Below are positions 56,076-64,000 of a DNA stretch of 64,000 nt, one piece after another. Location of the stretch: assembly GCA_947468665.1 (NCBI GenBank), contig CANILH010000005.1, positions 512-64,511 on the forward strand. The letters are read 5' to 3'. The notes below the pieces were generated by a model. That model was not told the origin of the DNA. It saw nothing but the letters and a program-made list of their open reading frames with translations, and did no database searches. Origin of the DNA: Oligoflexales bacterium. GTDB taxonomy: Bacteria > Bdellovibrionota_B > Oligoflexia > Oligoflexales > RGVZ01. Position numbers and translations under genes: made by a program. How positions within the stretch are numbered: the stretch's first letter is position 1; the number at the start of each line of letters is the position of its first letter.

Positions 56076-58049
56076 ATGGCCTCTAAAGGGAAACGAACCT
56101 TCTGGGTATCAGGAGCGCTGACACCACTCCATCTTGAGCGATGTCAGCTGCTTGCTCAGAATGGCTTCGATATTCAGATGATGAGCAGCACAAACGAGGT
56201 TATCAAGGCGTTGGCTGCCTCCAGACCTGTGGCGATCGTTATTGACACCCCAATCATGGATAACGTGTCTGGGGATCAGACGATTCAGACACTCTCAACA
56301 ATGCCGGAAATGAACGGCGTCCGCTTCATCTTGTCCGTTACCGCACCCTCTCCCGAGGCCTCGCGCGTCGCCATGTCCGAGAACTTCCGTGATATTATTC
56401 CCATGAATATACACTCATCGGACTGGCTGCAGAGAATTCAATTTGCAACCGGAGCCAAACCAACTGGATTCCCCTCCCCTCTATGTGAAATCAGCATGAA
56501 TCAGATGGCCGTGGCACTCGCGCCTGGCCGGATCATTTGGATCAATGATACCCACATACGTATCGAGTGTCGGGGGGGACAGCGGGTTGGAAGCTCGATG
56601 CAGATTACGGGCGCCCTCGCAAAAACATTTGGTGTGCCGCATATCAGTCTGACCGTTGAGAGCATCCACAAAACTCAATTGCTGTTCCGCTTCAGCCAGG
56701 CATTAGTATGCCGATGGCGGATCGCGCAAGCCCAGGCCGAAAACGCTGCATCAATTATCCGGCTTATGGGGCAGCAAAATAACGACGCGAGGATTCGCGC
56801 GTTTGTCGCGGTATCTCGCGCTGATATCCGCAAGGCTATTGTAGGAGCCATTAACCCGGAGCGCTTTGCCGTCAAAGTCGCCTTGCAGAAGAGCACCCTT
56901 GCCCAGGAGTTATCCTATTACTCTCCTGACCTCGTGTTCATCGACGCTCGCATGATCGCTGGTCCTGACGCTGCCAGCATGCAAACAATATTCGCGACAC
57001 TGCCGGGCGACGTTCCGGTTATTATTTACGGATCATCTATAGACCAGAGCTTGCTAAAGAAAACTTTTGGTAGCCGGCCGGTATTCGTTGAGACGTCCGT
57101 GAATCTCCCTGACATCAATAACGCGGCACACCGCTACAGAGTTGTTCATCACGCAGCCGGCATAGACGATACGGCTCGCGTTAATCCGGTCTCTCCAGAT
57201 AATCCCTGGAGCAAAACGGACATCATGGTTCCGGCACGCCTGACATCGCTCAATCCATCATCTGGTGAGATTTCGCTTCCATATTCTCTGGGAGCGTTCG
57301 CCATGGCAAGGCTCGAGGCGCCGATTCTTCGAAGGGCGCTTGGCCGTGATCCCTACATTAAAATCACAGACATGGTAGAGCGAACATCTTCGCTTCAGGC
57401 GAGCCAGTTTACTCACCATGCGCACTTTTACCTCGCCGATGTTGAGAGTCGCGAGCAGGTCACCCTGTGCAATGTTCTTGTCACGATGCTCAGTGACTAT
57501 TACCAAAAGCAATTTGTCGCTGCCAAAAAAGCGATTGCCATCGCCAACGTGTCGCTGGTTCAAGCTTCTGCAGCGACGGTCATCCGTCTGAACGCTGTCG
57601 GGTCGACGGCCGTCAGCACGTCAGCTCCGCTCACAGCCGGCAATCTCGCATTGAAAGAGCCTCAAAATCCGCCACCTCCGCCGGCACCTCGCCCCGAGGT
57701 CGTCAAGCAGGGACAAATCAAGGATCAAGAGGTGTCGCTCACGCCTGAGACTCTCAACACAAAACTGCGGCGGGGTGTTTTCCAGCACGAGATTGAGTTT
57801 GATTTCTCGTTTAACTGGCGAAAACATGTCGACATGACGGTCCTGAAGGCAGTCGGTGCCTTTTTCATTGCGGCGGGTATCATGGCATTTATCATCAGTC
57901 TTGCGATGAATATTGACGAGTCCTATTACAAAGAGCATGGCCGCGAATACTCGGATTTCTTCATCCGCATGACTGATCCTGAGTTCCGCAAAAAACATCC
58001 AGCTCCGGGAATGCCACAACTCGACAGGAACAATAAGAACGGCAACTAG
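56076..58049 (+). CDS. Hypothetical protein with tandem degenerate receiver-like + beta (PilZ-like) modules and a C-terminal TM
   Basis: RPVAIVID and SPDLVFID receiver-like strands, each followed by a beta-rich segment. Pro-rich linker and TM ~aa 590-611. Confidence 0.65.
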   Translation: MASKGKRTFWVSGALTPLHLERCQLLAQNGFDIQMMSSTNEVIKALAASRPVAIVIDTPIMDNVSGDQTIQTLSTMPEMNGVRFILSVTAPSPEASRVAMSENFRDIIPMNIHSSDWLQRIQFATGAKPTGFPSPLCEISMNQMAVALAPGRIIWINDTHIRIECRGGQRVGSSMQITGALAKTFGVPHISLTVESIHKTQLLFRFSQALVCRWRIAQAQAENAASIIRLMGQQNNDARIRAFVAVSRADIRKAIVGAINPERFAVKVALQKSTLAQELSYYSPDLVFIDARMIAGPDAASMQTIFATLPGDVPVIIYGSSIDQSLLKKTFGSRPVFVETSVNLPDINNAAHRYRVVHHAAGIDDTARVNPVSPDNPWSKTDIMVPARLTSLNPSSGEISLPYSLGAFAMARLEAPILRRALGRDPYIKITDMVERTSSLQASQFTHHAHFYLADVESREQVTLCNVLVTMLSDYYQKQFVAAKKAIAIANVSLVQASAATVIRLNAVGSTAVSTSAPLTAGNLALKEPQNPPPPPAPRPEVVKQGQIKDQEVSLTPETLNTKLRRGVFQHEIEFDFSFNWRKHVDMTVLKAVGAFFIAAGIMAFIISLAMNIDESYYKEHGREYSDFFIRMTDPEFRKKHPAPGMPQLDRNNKNGN

Positions 58050-58066
58050 CAGGAAAAAGTAATCCG

Positions 58067-59719
58067 ATGAAAAAAGCGCCCATCCCAGCCAACGAAGCGG
58101 CAAGACTAGCGGATCTCGAGGGTTATAGCATCTTGGATTCCCTGCCTGAGCTGGCGTTCGATGACATCACTGAACTGGCAAGCTTTATCAGTGGCAAACC
58201 CATCGCTCTCGTCAGCCTCATTGACTCCAACCGCCAGTGGTTTAAGTCAAAGGTCGGACTCGGAGCAAGCGAGACGCCCAGGGATGTGTCGTTTTGCGGC
58301 CACGCGATTCACGGCGACAAGATATTCGTTGTAAACGATGCAACGAAAGACGAACGCTTCTTTGACAATCCTTTAGTGACCGGAGCGCCAAACGTGACAT
58401 TTTACGCGGGTGTACCCCTCGAATCACCCCAGGGCTATAAACTCGGGACTCTGTGTGTTATCGACAGTAAGGCTGGCGCGCTCACGAATGAACAGACTGA
58501 GATGCTCACCCGCCTCAGCCGGCAGGTTGTGGCCCAGATGGAGCTTCGCAAGCACCTCGCGGAATTTAAGGCCATCAACAAATCTCTGGCTCTCGAGACT
58601 ATCGCCAAGACAGGATTCATCGCCAACATGAGTCACGAGATCAGGACACCGCTTAATGCGATCTTCGGAACACTCCAGATTTTGAAGGAGCAAAAGCTCA
58701 CGCCCGCCGACCAGGAACTTCTGGCGATGGCAAAAACAGCGTCTGAGACCGTGTTGCAGCTTGTGAACGATGTCCTCGACATGTCAAAAATCGAGGCCGG
58801 CCGCATGCTTATCAATCTCGAGCCTACGGATGTCGCGAATATTACGGACGACATCACAAAAATGTTTGCGGGCAGAGCGTCGCTTTCTCATGTCACTGTC
58901 AGGTCGACTATTCACGACAGCGTTAAGTCACCGCTCTTGACTGACGAACTGCGTCTCAAACAAATCCTTATTAACCTGATTGGCAACGCGCTCAAATTCA
59001 CCGCCGAGCGCGGCAGTGTCACGGTTGATTTGAGTGTCACGCCGAACGGTAAGGATGCCATCGCGAAATGGGTGATCAAAGACACTGGCATCGGCATGGC
59101 AAAGGCTACGCTTGACAAACTTGGCCAGCCATTTGAGCAGGGCGATACCAACATCACAAAAAAATTCGGAGGCACCGGCCTTGGCCTGGCCCTCGTCAAA
59201 CGCCTGATGACCCTTATGCAGGGAAGCTTGGAGATTGAGTCCACGCTAGGCAAGGGAAGTACCTTCACGATATCAATTCCCATGCAAAAACACGCGGCCT
59301 ACGCCGCTATAGCCAGTGACACCAGCGATGACGCCGCGCCCCTGCCATGTTCCACACTCATTGTCGACGACACCAAAACTAACCGAATCGTGCTAAACCG
59401 CATGCTTGAACCCTGGGGATTTGACAGAAAAGAGACGGACTCTGGTCTTGAGGCCCTCAAAATATTCCGAAGCGATCATCCGGCCCTGATATTGCTGGAT
59501 CTTCAGATGCCCGACATGGACGGATTTGAGGTAATACGAAACATCCGTGACTTTGAGGCATCGTCTCCAGACATAAAACGCTCCTATGTAGTTGCCGTAA
59601 CAGGCCAGGTTTTTGATGACGACGTAAAACGCTGTTTTGACAGCGGGTTTGACGCGCACATTGCCAAACCCGTATCAAAAGAGGCACTGCGGAAAGTTCT
59701 CAATAAACGCCCTAAGTGA
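58067..59719 (+). CDS. Soluble GAF hybrid histidine kinase
   Basis: PANEAARL, RQWFKS, SFCGHAI, FYAGVPL, GTLCVID GAF. NMSHEIRTPL H-box. Receiver LIVDD/LLDLQMP/KP. Confidence 0.94.
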   Translation: MKKAPIPANEAARLADLEGYSILDSLPELAFDDITELASFISGKPIALVSLIDSNRQWFKSKVGLGASETPRDVSFCGHAIHGDKIFVVNDATKDERFFDNPLVTGAPNVTFYAGVPLESPQGYKLGTLCVIDSKAGALTNEQTEMLTRLSRQVVAQMELRKHLAEFKAINKSLALETIAKTGFIANMSHEIRTPLNAIFGTLQILKEQKLTPADQELLAMAKTASETVLQLVNDVLDMSKIEAGRMLINLEPTDVANITDDITKMFAGRASLSHVTVRSTIHDSVKSPLLTDELRLKQILINLIGNALKFTAERGSVTVDLSVTPNGKDAIAKWVIKDTGIGMAKATLDKLGQPFEQGDTNITKKFGGTGLGLALVKRLMTLMQGSLEIESTLGKGSTFTISIPMQKHAAYAAIASDTSDDAAPLPCSTLIVDDTKTNRIVLNRMLEPWGFDRKETDSGLEALKIFRSDHPALILLDLQMPDMDGFEVIRNIRDFEASSPDIKRSYVVAVTGQVFDDDVKRCFDSGFDAHIAKPVSKEALRKVLNKRPK

Positions 59720-60191
59720 GAATTTTTTTGCGGCCGTCACAAGCTTCTTTGTCGAGACAACGCCCAAAAAGATCCAATCGGTGAGTTTTGAGCTCCATAC
59801 CGTATTTTTCGGCGATCGCTTCCTGAAGCGCCTCAATCTCATGGTCCTCAAATTCCACAACATTCCGGCACTCAACACAGATCAAGTGGTCGTGGTGGCT
59901 ATCGGGATGAGCAACCTCAAAGACAGAGCGCCCGTCCTGAAAAGACTTCTGCTCTATCAGACCAGCTTCCGTCAAAAGATTCAGCGTCCGGTAAATGGTG
60001 GCGAGACCCACGTCATGACCTTCGGCATTGACCTGTCGATGCAGCTCGTCAGCATCCACATGAGAGTCGATTGAGAGAAAATGGTGGACAATCACCCGTC
60101 GTTGCTGGGTTTGCTTAAGCCCCATGCGTTCAAGGTACTGGTCGAGACCTTCCCAAAACCACGCGAACCCTGGTGTTTCATTTTTAGGCAT
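59712..60191 (-). CDS. fur: Fur family transcriptional regulator
   Basis: TQQRR, HVDADEL, GLATIYRTL, HHDHLICVEC, EFED. Confidence 0.9.
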   Translation of the reverse strand: MPKNETPGFAWFWEGLDQYLERMGLKQTQQRRVIVHHFLSIDSHVDADELHRQVNAEGHDVGLATIYRTLNLLTEAGLIEQKSFQDGRSVFEVAHPDSHHDHLICVECRNVVEFEDHEIEALQEAIAEKYGMELKTHRLDLFGRCLDKEACDGRKKILT

Positions 60192-60344
60192 AACATCTCT
60201 GTTCAAAACTTTGGATAATTACCGGAAATTTAAGGCCAATTCAGAGTATAGACAACTCCGACAAGGCTCAGCAAGGCTAAATCCCCAAAACAGACCTCCG
60301 AACCGCAAAAGACATTTGGAAGAACGTGGGATTTCCATTACATT

Positions 60345-60376
60345 TCTGAGACTTAAATTTAAAGTCTGAGACTTAA
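60345..60376. promoter_or_regulatory. 12-bp direct repeat with embedded palindrome between divergent fur and lpdA
   Basis: tctgagacttaa x2 (period 20). agactt-N7-aagtct. Confidence 0.4.
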
Positions 60377-60418
60377 GCTCTCGACCGTTGTTGAATTTTT
60401 ATAGGAGCCATCCGCACT

Positions 60419-61813
60419 ATGTCTACCCAATCCTTTGATCTTGTCGTTATCGGCTCCGGACCCGGCGGTTATGTTGGTGCGATTCGCGCTGCTCAACTCG
60501 GACTTAAAGTCGCTCTTATCGAGAAGTTTCCTCATCTTGGCGGGACCTGCCTCAACGTCGGCTGTATCCCCACCAAGGCACTGCTTGAGAGCGCTAAGAC
60601 GTGGGACAAACTACAACACCTGAAAGAACTCGGATTTGACGCCGGAAGCCCCAAATTCCAGTGGGACAAGATCATGGGTCGCAAAGACAAGATCGTCGAC
60701 GACCAGCGCAAGGGTCTTCGTTTCCTCATGAAGAAAAACAAAATCGAGACCTTCGAGGGCCATGGTCGCATCGCGGGTAAAGGCAAAGTCAACGTGACCT
60801 TAAACGACGGCAAGGCCGCTACCCTTGAGACCCGCAACATCATGGTCGCCACCGGAAGCCGCGTGCGCCAGCTGCCATTCGCCAAAACCAACGGCAAGGG
60901 CATCATGAACTCTGACGACGTGTTGTTCATCACTGAAGTCCCTAAGTCCATGGCCATTATCGGCGGTGGCGTCGTCGGCATCGAGTTCGCTAGTCTTTTT
61001 TCTCGCTTCGGCACCCAAGTCACCGTATTGGAAGCTGCCCCACAGATCCTGCCATTTGAGGACGAAGAAACTGTTAAGGAACTTGTACGCTGCGTCAAAA
61101 AACAAGGCGTCGCCATCGAGACCGGCGCGAAAATCACGGCCATTGAGGACAAAGGCAAAGCAGGCGTTGTTCTGACCACCGCGGAAGGCAGCCGGACATT
61201 TGAGAAGGTCCTGGTATCGATCGGCCGCGAGCCCGTCACCGATGACATTGGACTTAATACCGTCGGCATAACCACAGACCGTGGCGTTATTAAAGTCGAT
61301 CTCGCGACCTATAAGACGTCAGCCGACGGCATTTATGCCATCGGTGATGTCATCCCGACTCCGATGCTTGCTCACACGGCGAGTGCCGAGGCGTGCCACT
61401 GCGCTGAGGTCATCGGCGGCAAGAACCCGCACAAAGTACACTACGAGTCCAACCCAAGCGCCGTCTACACTTACCCTGAGATCGCCTCTATCGGCATGAC
61501 TGAGAAGACTCTCAAAGAAAAAAACATCGAGTACAAAGTCGGAAAATTCCCGTTCAGCCCCATGGCCCGCGCCAAAATCGAGGATTCCACCGATGGCTTC
61601 GTGAAGATATTGTTCGAGCCAAAATACCGCGAGCTCCTGGGCGTTCATATTGTCCACGCCCGCGCCACCGAGATGATCGCTGAATTCTCCCTTGGGAAAC
61701 TTCTTGAAACCACAGTTGATGAAATTGCCCACACCATTCACCCTCACCCCACACTGAGTGAGACGATCATGGAAGCCGCTCATGCTGCTCTGGGCTCCGC
61801 CATTCACATGTAA
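60419..61813 (+). CDS. lpdA: Dihydrolipoamide dehydrogenase (E3)
   Basis: GSGPGGY, GGTCLNVGCIPTK, GGGVVGIE, HPHPTLSE. Confidence 0.97.
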   Translation: MSTQSFDLVVIGSGPGGYVGAIRAAQLGLKVALIEKFPHLGGTCLNVGCIPTKALLESAKTWDKLQHLKELGFDAGSPKFQWDKIMGRKDKIVDDQRKGLRFLMKKNKIETFEGHGRIAGKGKVNVTLNDGKAATLETRNIMVATGSRVRQLPFAKTNGKGIMNSDDVLFITEVPKSMAIIGGGVVGIEFASLFSRFGTQVTVLEAAPQILPFEDEETVKELVRCVKKQGVAIETGAKITAIEDKGKAGVVLTTAEGSRTFEKVLVSIGREPVTDDIGLNTVGITTDRGVIKVDLATYKTSADGIYAIGDVIPTPMLAHTASAEACHCAEVIGGKNPHKVHYESNPSAVYTYPEIASIGMTEKTLKEKNIEYKVGKFPFSPMARAKIEDSTDGFVKILFEPKYRELLGVHIVHARATEMIAEFSLGKLLETTVDEIAHTIHPHPTLSETIMEAAHAALGSAIHM

Positions 61814-61871
61814 CGCTGGCGATAGAGTGAATTCGAGTGATATTCGTGAATCGAACCGAAGCGGGAAAGAT

Positions 61872-63215
61872 ATGACGACACAAGCCACAAGCAACGTAAC
61901 TGAGGTTATTTTACCATCCATGGGTGAGGGCATCGCCGAGGCTACGGTCGTTAAATGGCTCAAAAAACCGGGCGATTCCGTCGCCAAAGACGAGCCTCTT
62001 CTTGAAGTCTCCACAGACAAAGTCGACACTGAGATACCCGCGCCAGCGTCTGGCACTCTTCTCATGACAACGGCCCTTGCGGGCGCCACCATTGAGGTCA
62101 ACTCCACCATCGGCTGGATTGGCCCCAAGGGTGCTGAGATCCCGGCTGGATCATCAACAAAAAAAACGGGAGCGTCGGCAAAGCCTGCCGCCAGACCACA
62201 AGCCGGCGCCGCCAGCCATCAGGCTCAACCAGCGGCTCACGGCGCGTCGGTCGCTCAGGGATATTTCCACGACGGCTCCGTCACCATGCGTTCGTCACCT
62301 CTTGTCCGCAAGATGGCCAAAGACCAGAATATTGATCTCAGGCGAGTCCCCGGCACAGGCCTGAGTGGCCGTATCACAAAAGATGATCTTGTCACGTGGC
62401 TCGCCAGCCCCGCAGCGTTCGCTCCCCTTGGTGTTTCGGCGACTGCTGAAAAGCCGCTTCTGGCGAAGGTGAAAACCGCCAACAACAATGGCGTTGAGAC
62501 CCTTGAGGGAGTCGCCGTACGCCGCGAAAAAATGTCCAAGATGCGCCGCCTGATTGCGGAGCATATGGTTGAAAGTGTCCGCACGTCTCCACACGTCACC
62601 ACCACCTTTGAGATCGACCTCCACAAGGTCGTCGCCATGCGCGAGACGCACAAAAAATCATTCGCCGCCAAAGAAGGCTTTAACCTTACATTTACGCCTA
62701 TTTTGATCCGCGCGGCTGTTGAGGCCATCAAAAAATTCCCGGTCGTCAACGTCTCCGTCGATGGCGATGAGGTGCTTTGGAAAGACAGCATCAATATCGG
62801 CTGCGCGGTCGCTCTCGGATCTGCGGGCGGGGGCGGACTGATTGTCCCAGTCATCAAAAACGCCGAGAAGAAAAATCTCTCCGACATCTGCCGCAGTCTC
62901 AATGATCTCGCGACCCGCGCCCGCTCCAAGAAACTCCAAGCTGACGAGGTAATCGGCGGCACGTTCTCAGTCACCAACCCCGGCGGCTGGGGATCCATCA
63001 CCTCCAATCCGATCATCAATCAGCCACAGGTCGCGATGCTTGGCATCGGGGCGATCGTTAAGCGTCCGGTTGTGATCGAGAATGACCAGATCGTCATCCG
63101 TCCCATGATGATGGCGTCACTGACATTTGATCACCGGGTGATTGATGGTGAGGGAGGAGCCATGTGGCTCGCCGAGTACAAGAAAATACTAGAAAATTGG
63201 TCTGAAGAGCCCTGA
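61872..63215 (+). CDS. 2-oxo-acid dehydrogenase E2 dihydrolipoamide acyltransferase (SucB/branched-chain type)
   Basis: Lipoyl domain EVSTDKVDTE, E3-binding SPLVRKMA..GTG..GRITK, catalytic DHRVIDG. Confidence 0.93.
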   Translation: MTTQATSNVTEVILPSMGEGIAEATVVKWLKKPGDSVAKDEPLLEVSTDKVDTEIPAPASGTLLMTTALAGATIEVNSTIGWIGPKGAEIPAGSSTKKTGASAKPAARPQAGAASHQAQPAAHGASVAQGYFHDGSVTMRSSPLVRKMAKDQNIDLRRVPGTGLSGRITKDDLVTWLASPAAFAPLGVSATAEKPLLAKVKTANNNGVETLEGVAVRREKMSKMRRLIAEHMVESVRTSPHVTTTFEIDLHKVVAMRETHKKSFAAKEGFNLTFTPILIRAAVEAIKKFPVVNVSVDGDEVLWKDSINIGCAVALGSAGGGGLIVPVIKNAEKKNLSDICRSLNDLATRARSKKLQADEVIGGTFSVTNPGGWGSITSNPIINQPQVAMLGIGAIVKRPVVIENDQIVIRPMMMASLTFDHRVIDGEGGAMWLAEYKKILENWSEEP

Positions 63216-63268
63216 CAGCCCACTCCGCCGTCGAAGGTAACGCTCAAAAAAATGGCGTTACATGCGAC

Positions 63269-63345
63269 GAGATGGTTCGCTTCGCTCACCATGACGGATG
63301 CTCACCATGACGGATGCTCACCATGACGGATGCTCACCATGACGG
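63269..63345 (-). repeat. CGTC-type REP-like element plus four tandem 16-bp partial copies
   Basis: gagatggttcgcttcgctcaccatgacgg, then (gctcaccatgacggat) x4 from 63284. The last copy is partial. Confidence 0.85.
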
Positions 63346-63349
63346 GCAC

Positions 63350-63895
63350 TCACGCCGCCCGCTTCGCGAAGCGGTGGCCATATTTTGCCATGAAGGCGTC
63401 GTATTCACGCTGTGCCTTATCATGCTTATCCTCGTCGTAGACGCTATACTCAACACCTAGTTCCAGATGTCGCCTTTTGAGCTCATAAGGGAATCGCTCA
63501 CCAAGTCGAACGAATCTATCTTTCGCGCTTTTGCTAATCTCACCCGGCGCGATAATACGGGAGGAAACCGGCCCTGGCTCAAATGGCGTTATGATCTCAT
63601 AGAGACAATCCTTGTGCGTCCAATACTCATCCCAGGTAAAGTCACCCCACTCAAAAGCCTCACGCATTGGACACTCGGCGGGCGCCTCGATGGCATAGAG
63701 TCTGATTAGTCCTGAATTCTCATCAAAATGATCTTGGTAAACTAAAAATTCCGTAGACCGATCTGGCGCATCGATCTCAAAAAGTGTGCAACCAGCAAAT
63801 ACATCATATGGCTCAGGGGACCTAAAATTCTTGAAGGTCTCGCGGGTCCATTTAAATACACGATCATGACTCTCTAACTTTTTATTCACACGCAC
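63350..63895 (-). CDS. Hypothetical protein
   Basis: 181-aa ORF, AAGGAGG SD before GTG, ends in KRAA. Confidence 0.7.
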   Translation of the reverse strand: MRVNKKLESHDRVFKWTRETFKNFRSPEPYDVFAGCTLFEIDAPDRSTEFLVYQDHFDENSGLIRLYAIEAPAECPMREAFEWGDFTWDEYWTHKDCLYEIITPFEPGPVSSRIIAPGEISKSAKDRFVRLGERFPYELKRRHLELGVEYSVYDEDKHDKAQREYDAFMAKYGHRFAKRAA

Positions 63896-64000
63896 CTCCT
63901 TGAATGAAGCGGCAACTCGGCGCTGCCTTGAGGAATATTAGACAATCTTGAACCGACCCAATTAACAATTCACAAAGCAAAGAATGAATTCTCAATATTC

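Noticed and set aside
60532-63019. Long minus-strand ORFs (247, 269 and 254 aa)
   Set aside because: They are antisense to lpdA and E2 with no recognisable domains.
63284-63345. Mini-CRISPR or iteron array
   Set aside because: These are contiguous 16-bp units without spacers, derived from the adjacent REP-like arm, and no rep gene is nearby.

Overview
A 64 kb bacterial chromosomal segment with about 50 CDS. Gene content suggests Bdellovibrionota/Oligoflexia or a related deltaproteobacterial lineage, which is an inference. The evidence is a Hanks kinase with a PEGA-like domain, tmk-holB-PSP1 synteny, many Cys-rich orphan lipoproteins and repeated sigma-28-like promoters. The housekeeping backbone is a MoxR-DUF58-Bat operon (running off the left edge), accC-accB-efp, tmk-holB-ricT, tkt, ndk-tex-mtnP, prc, a Fur-family regulator and lpdA-E2. 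Accessory parts are signalling genes (receivers, Hpt, two hybrid kinases, a CusRS-like pair facing a SulP transporter), a GT2/GT22(PIG-B-like)/WecE glycosylation operon, and a DedA/VTT-lipase fusion. There is also a cluster of lipoproteins around a FadL-like outer-membrane protein, a 3-unit long-hairpin array and CGTC-type REP-like repeats. A variable region follows tkt. It contains a 118-bp diverged copy of the tkt active-site coding sequence, a frameshifted adhesin-repeat fragment, an MNT-HEPN toxin-antitoxin pair and two convergent AAA-DUF4143 ATPases. No rRNA, tRNA, CRISPR array, integrase or transposase was recognised. All family assignments come from motif recognition by eye and no searches were run.
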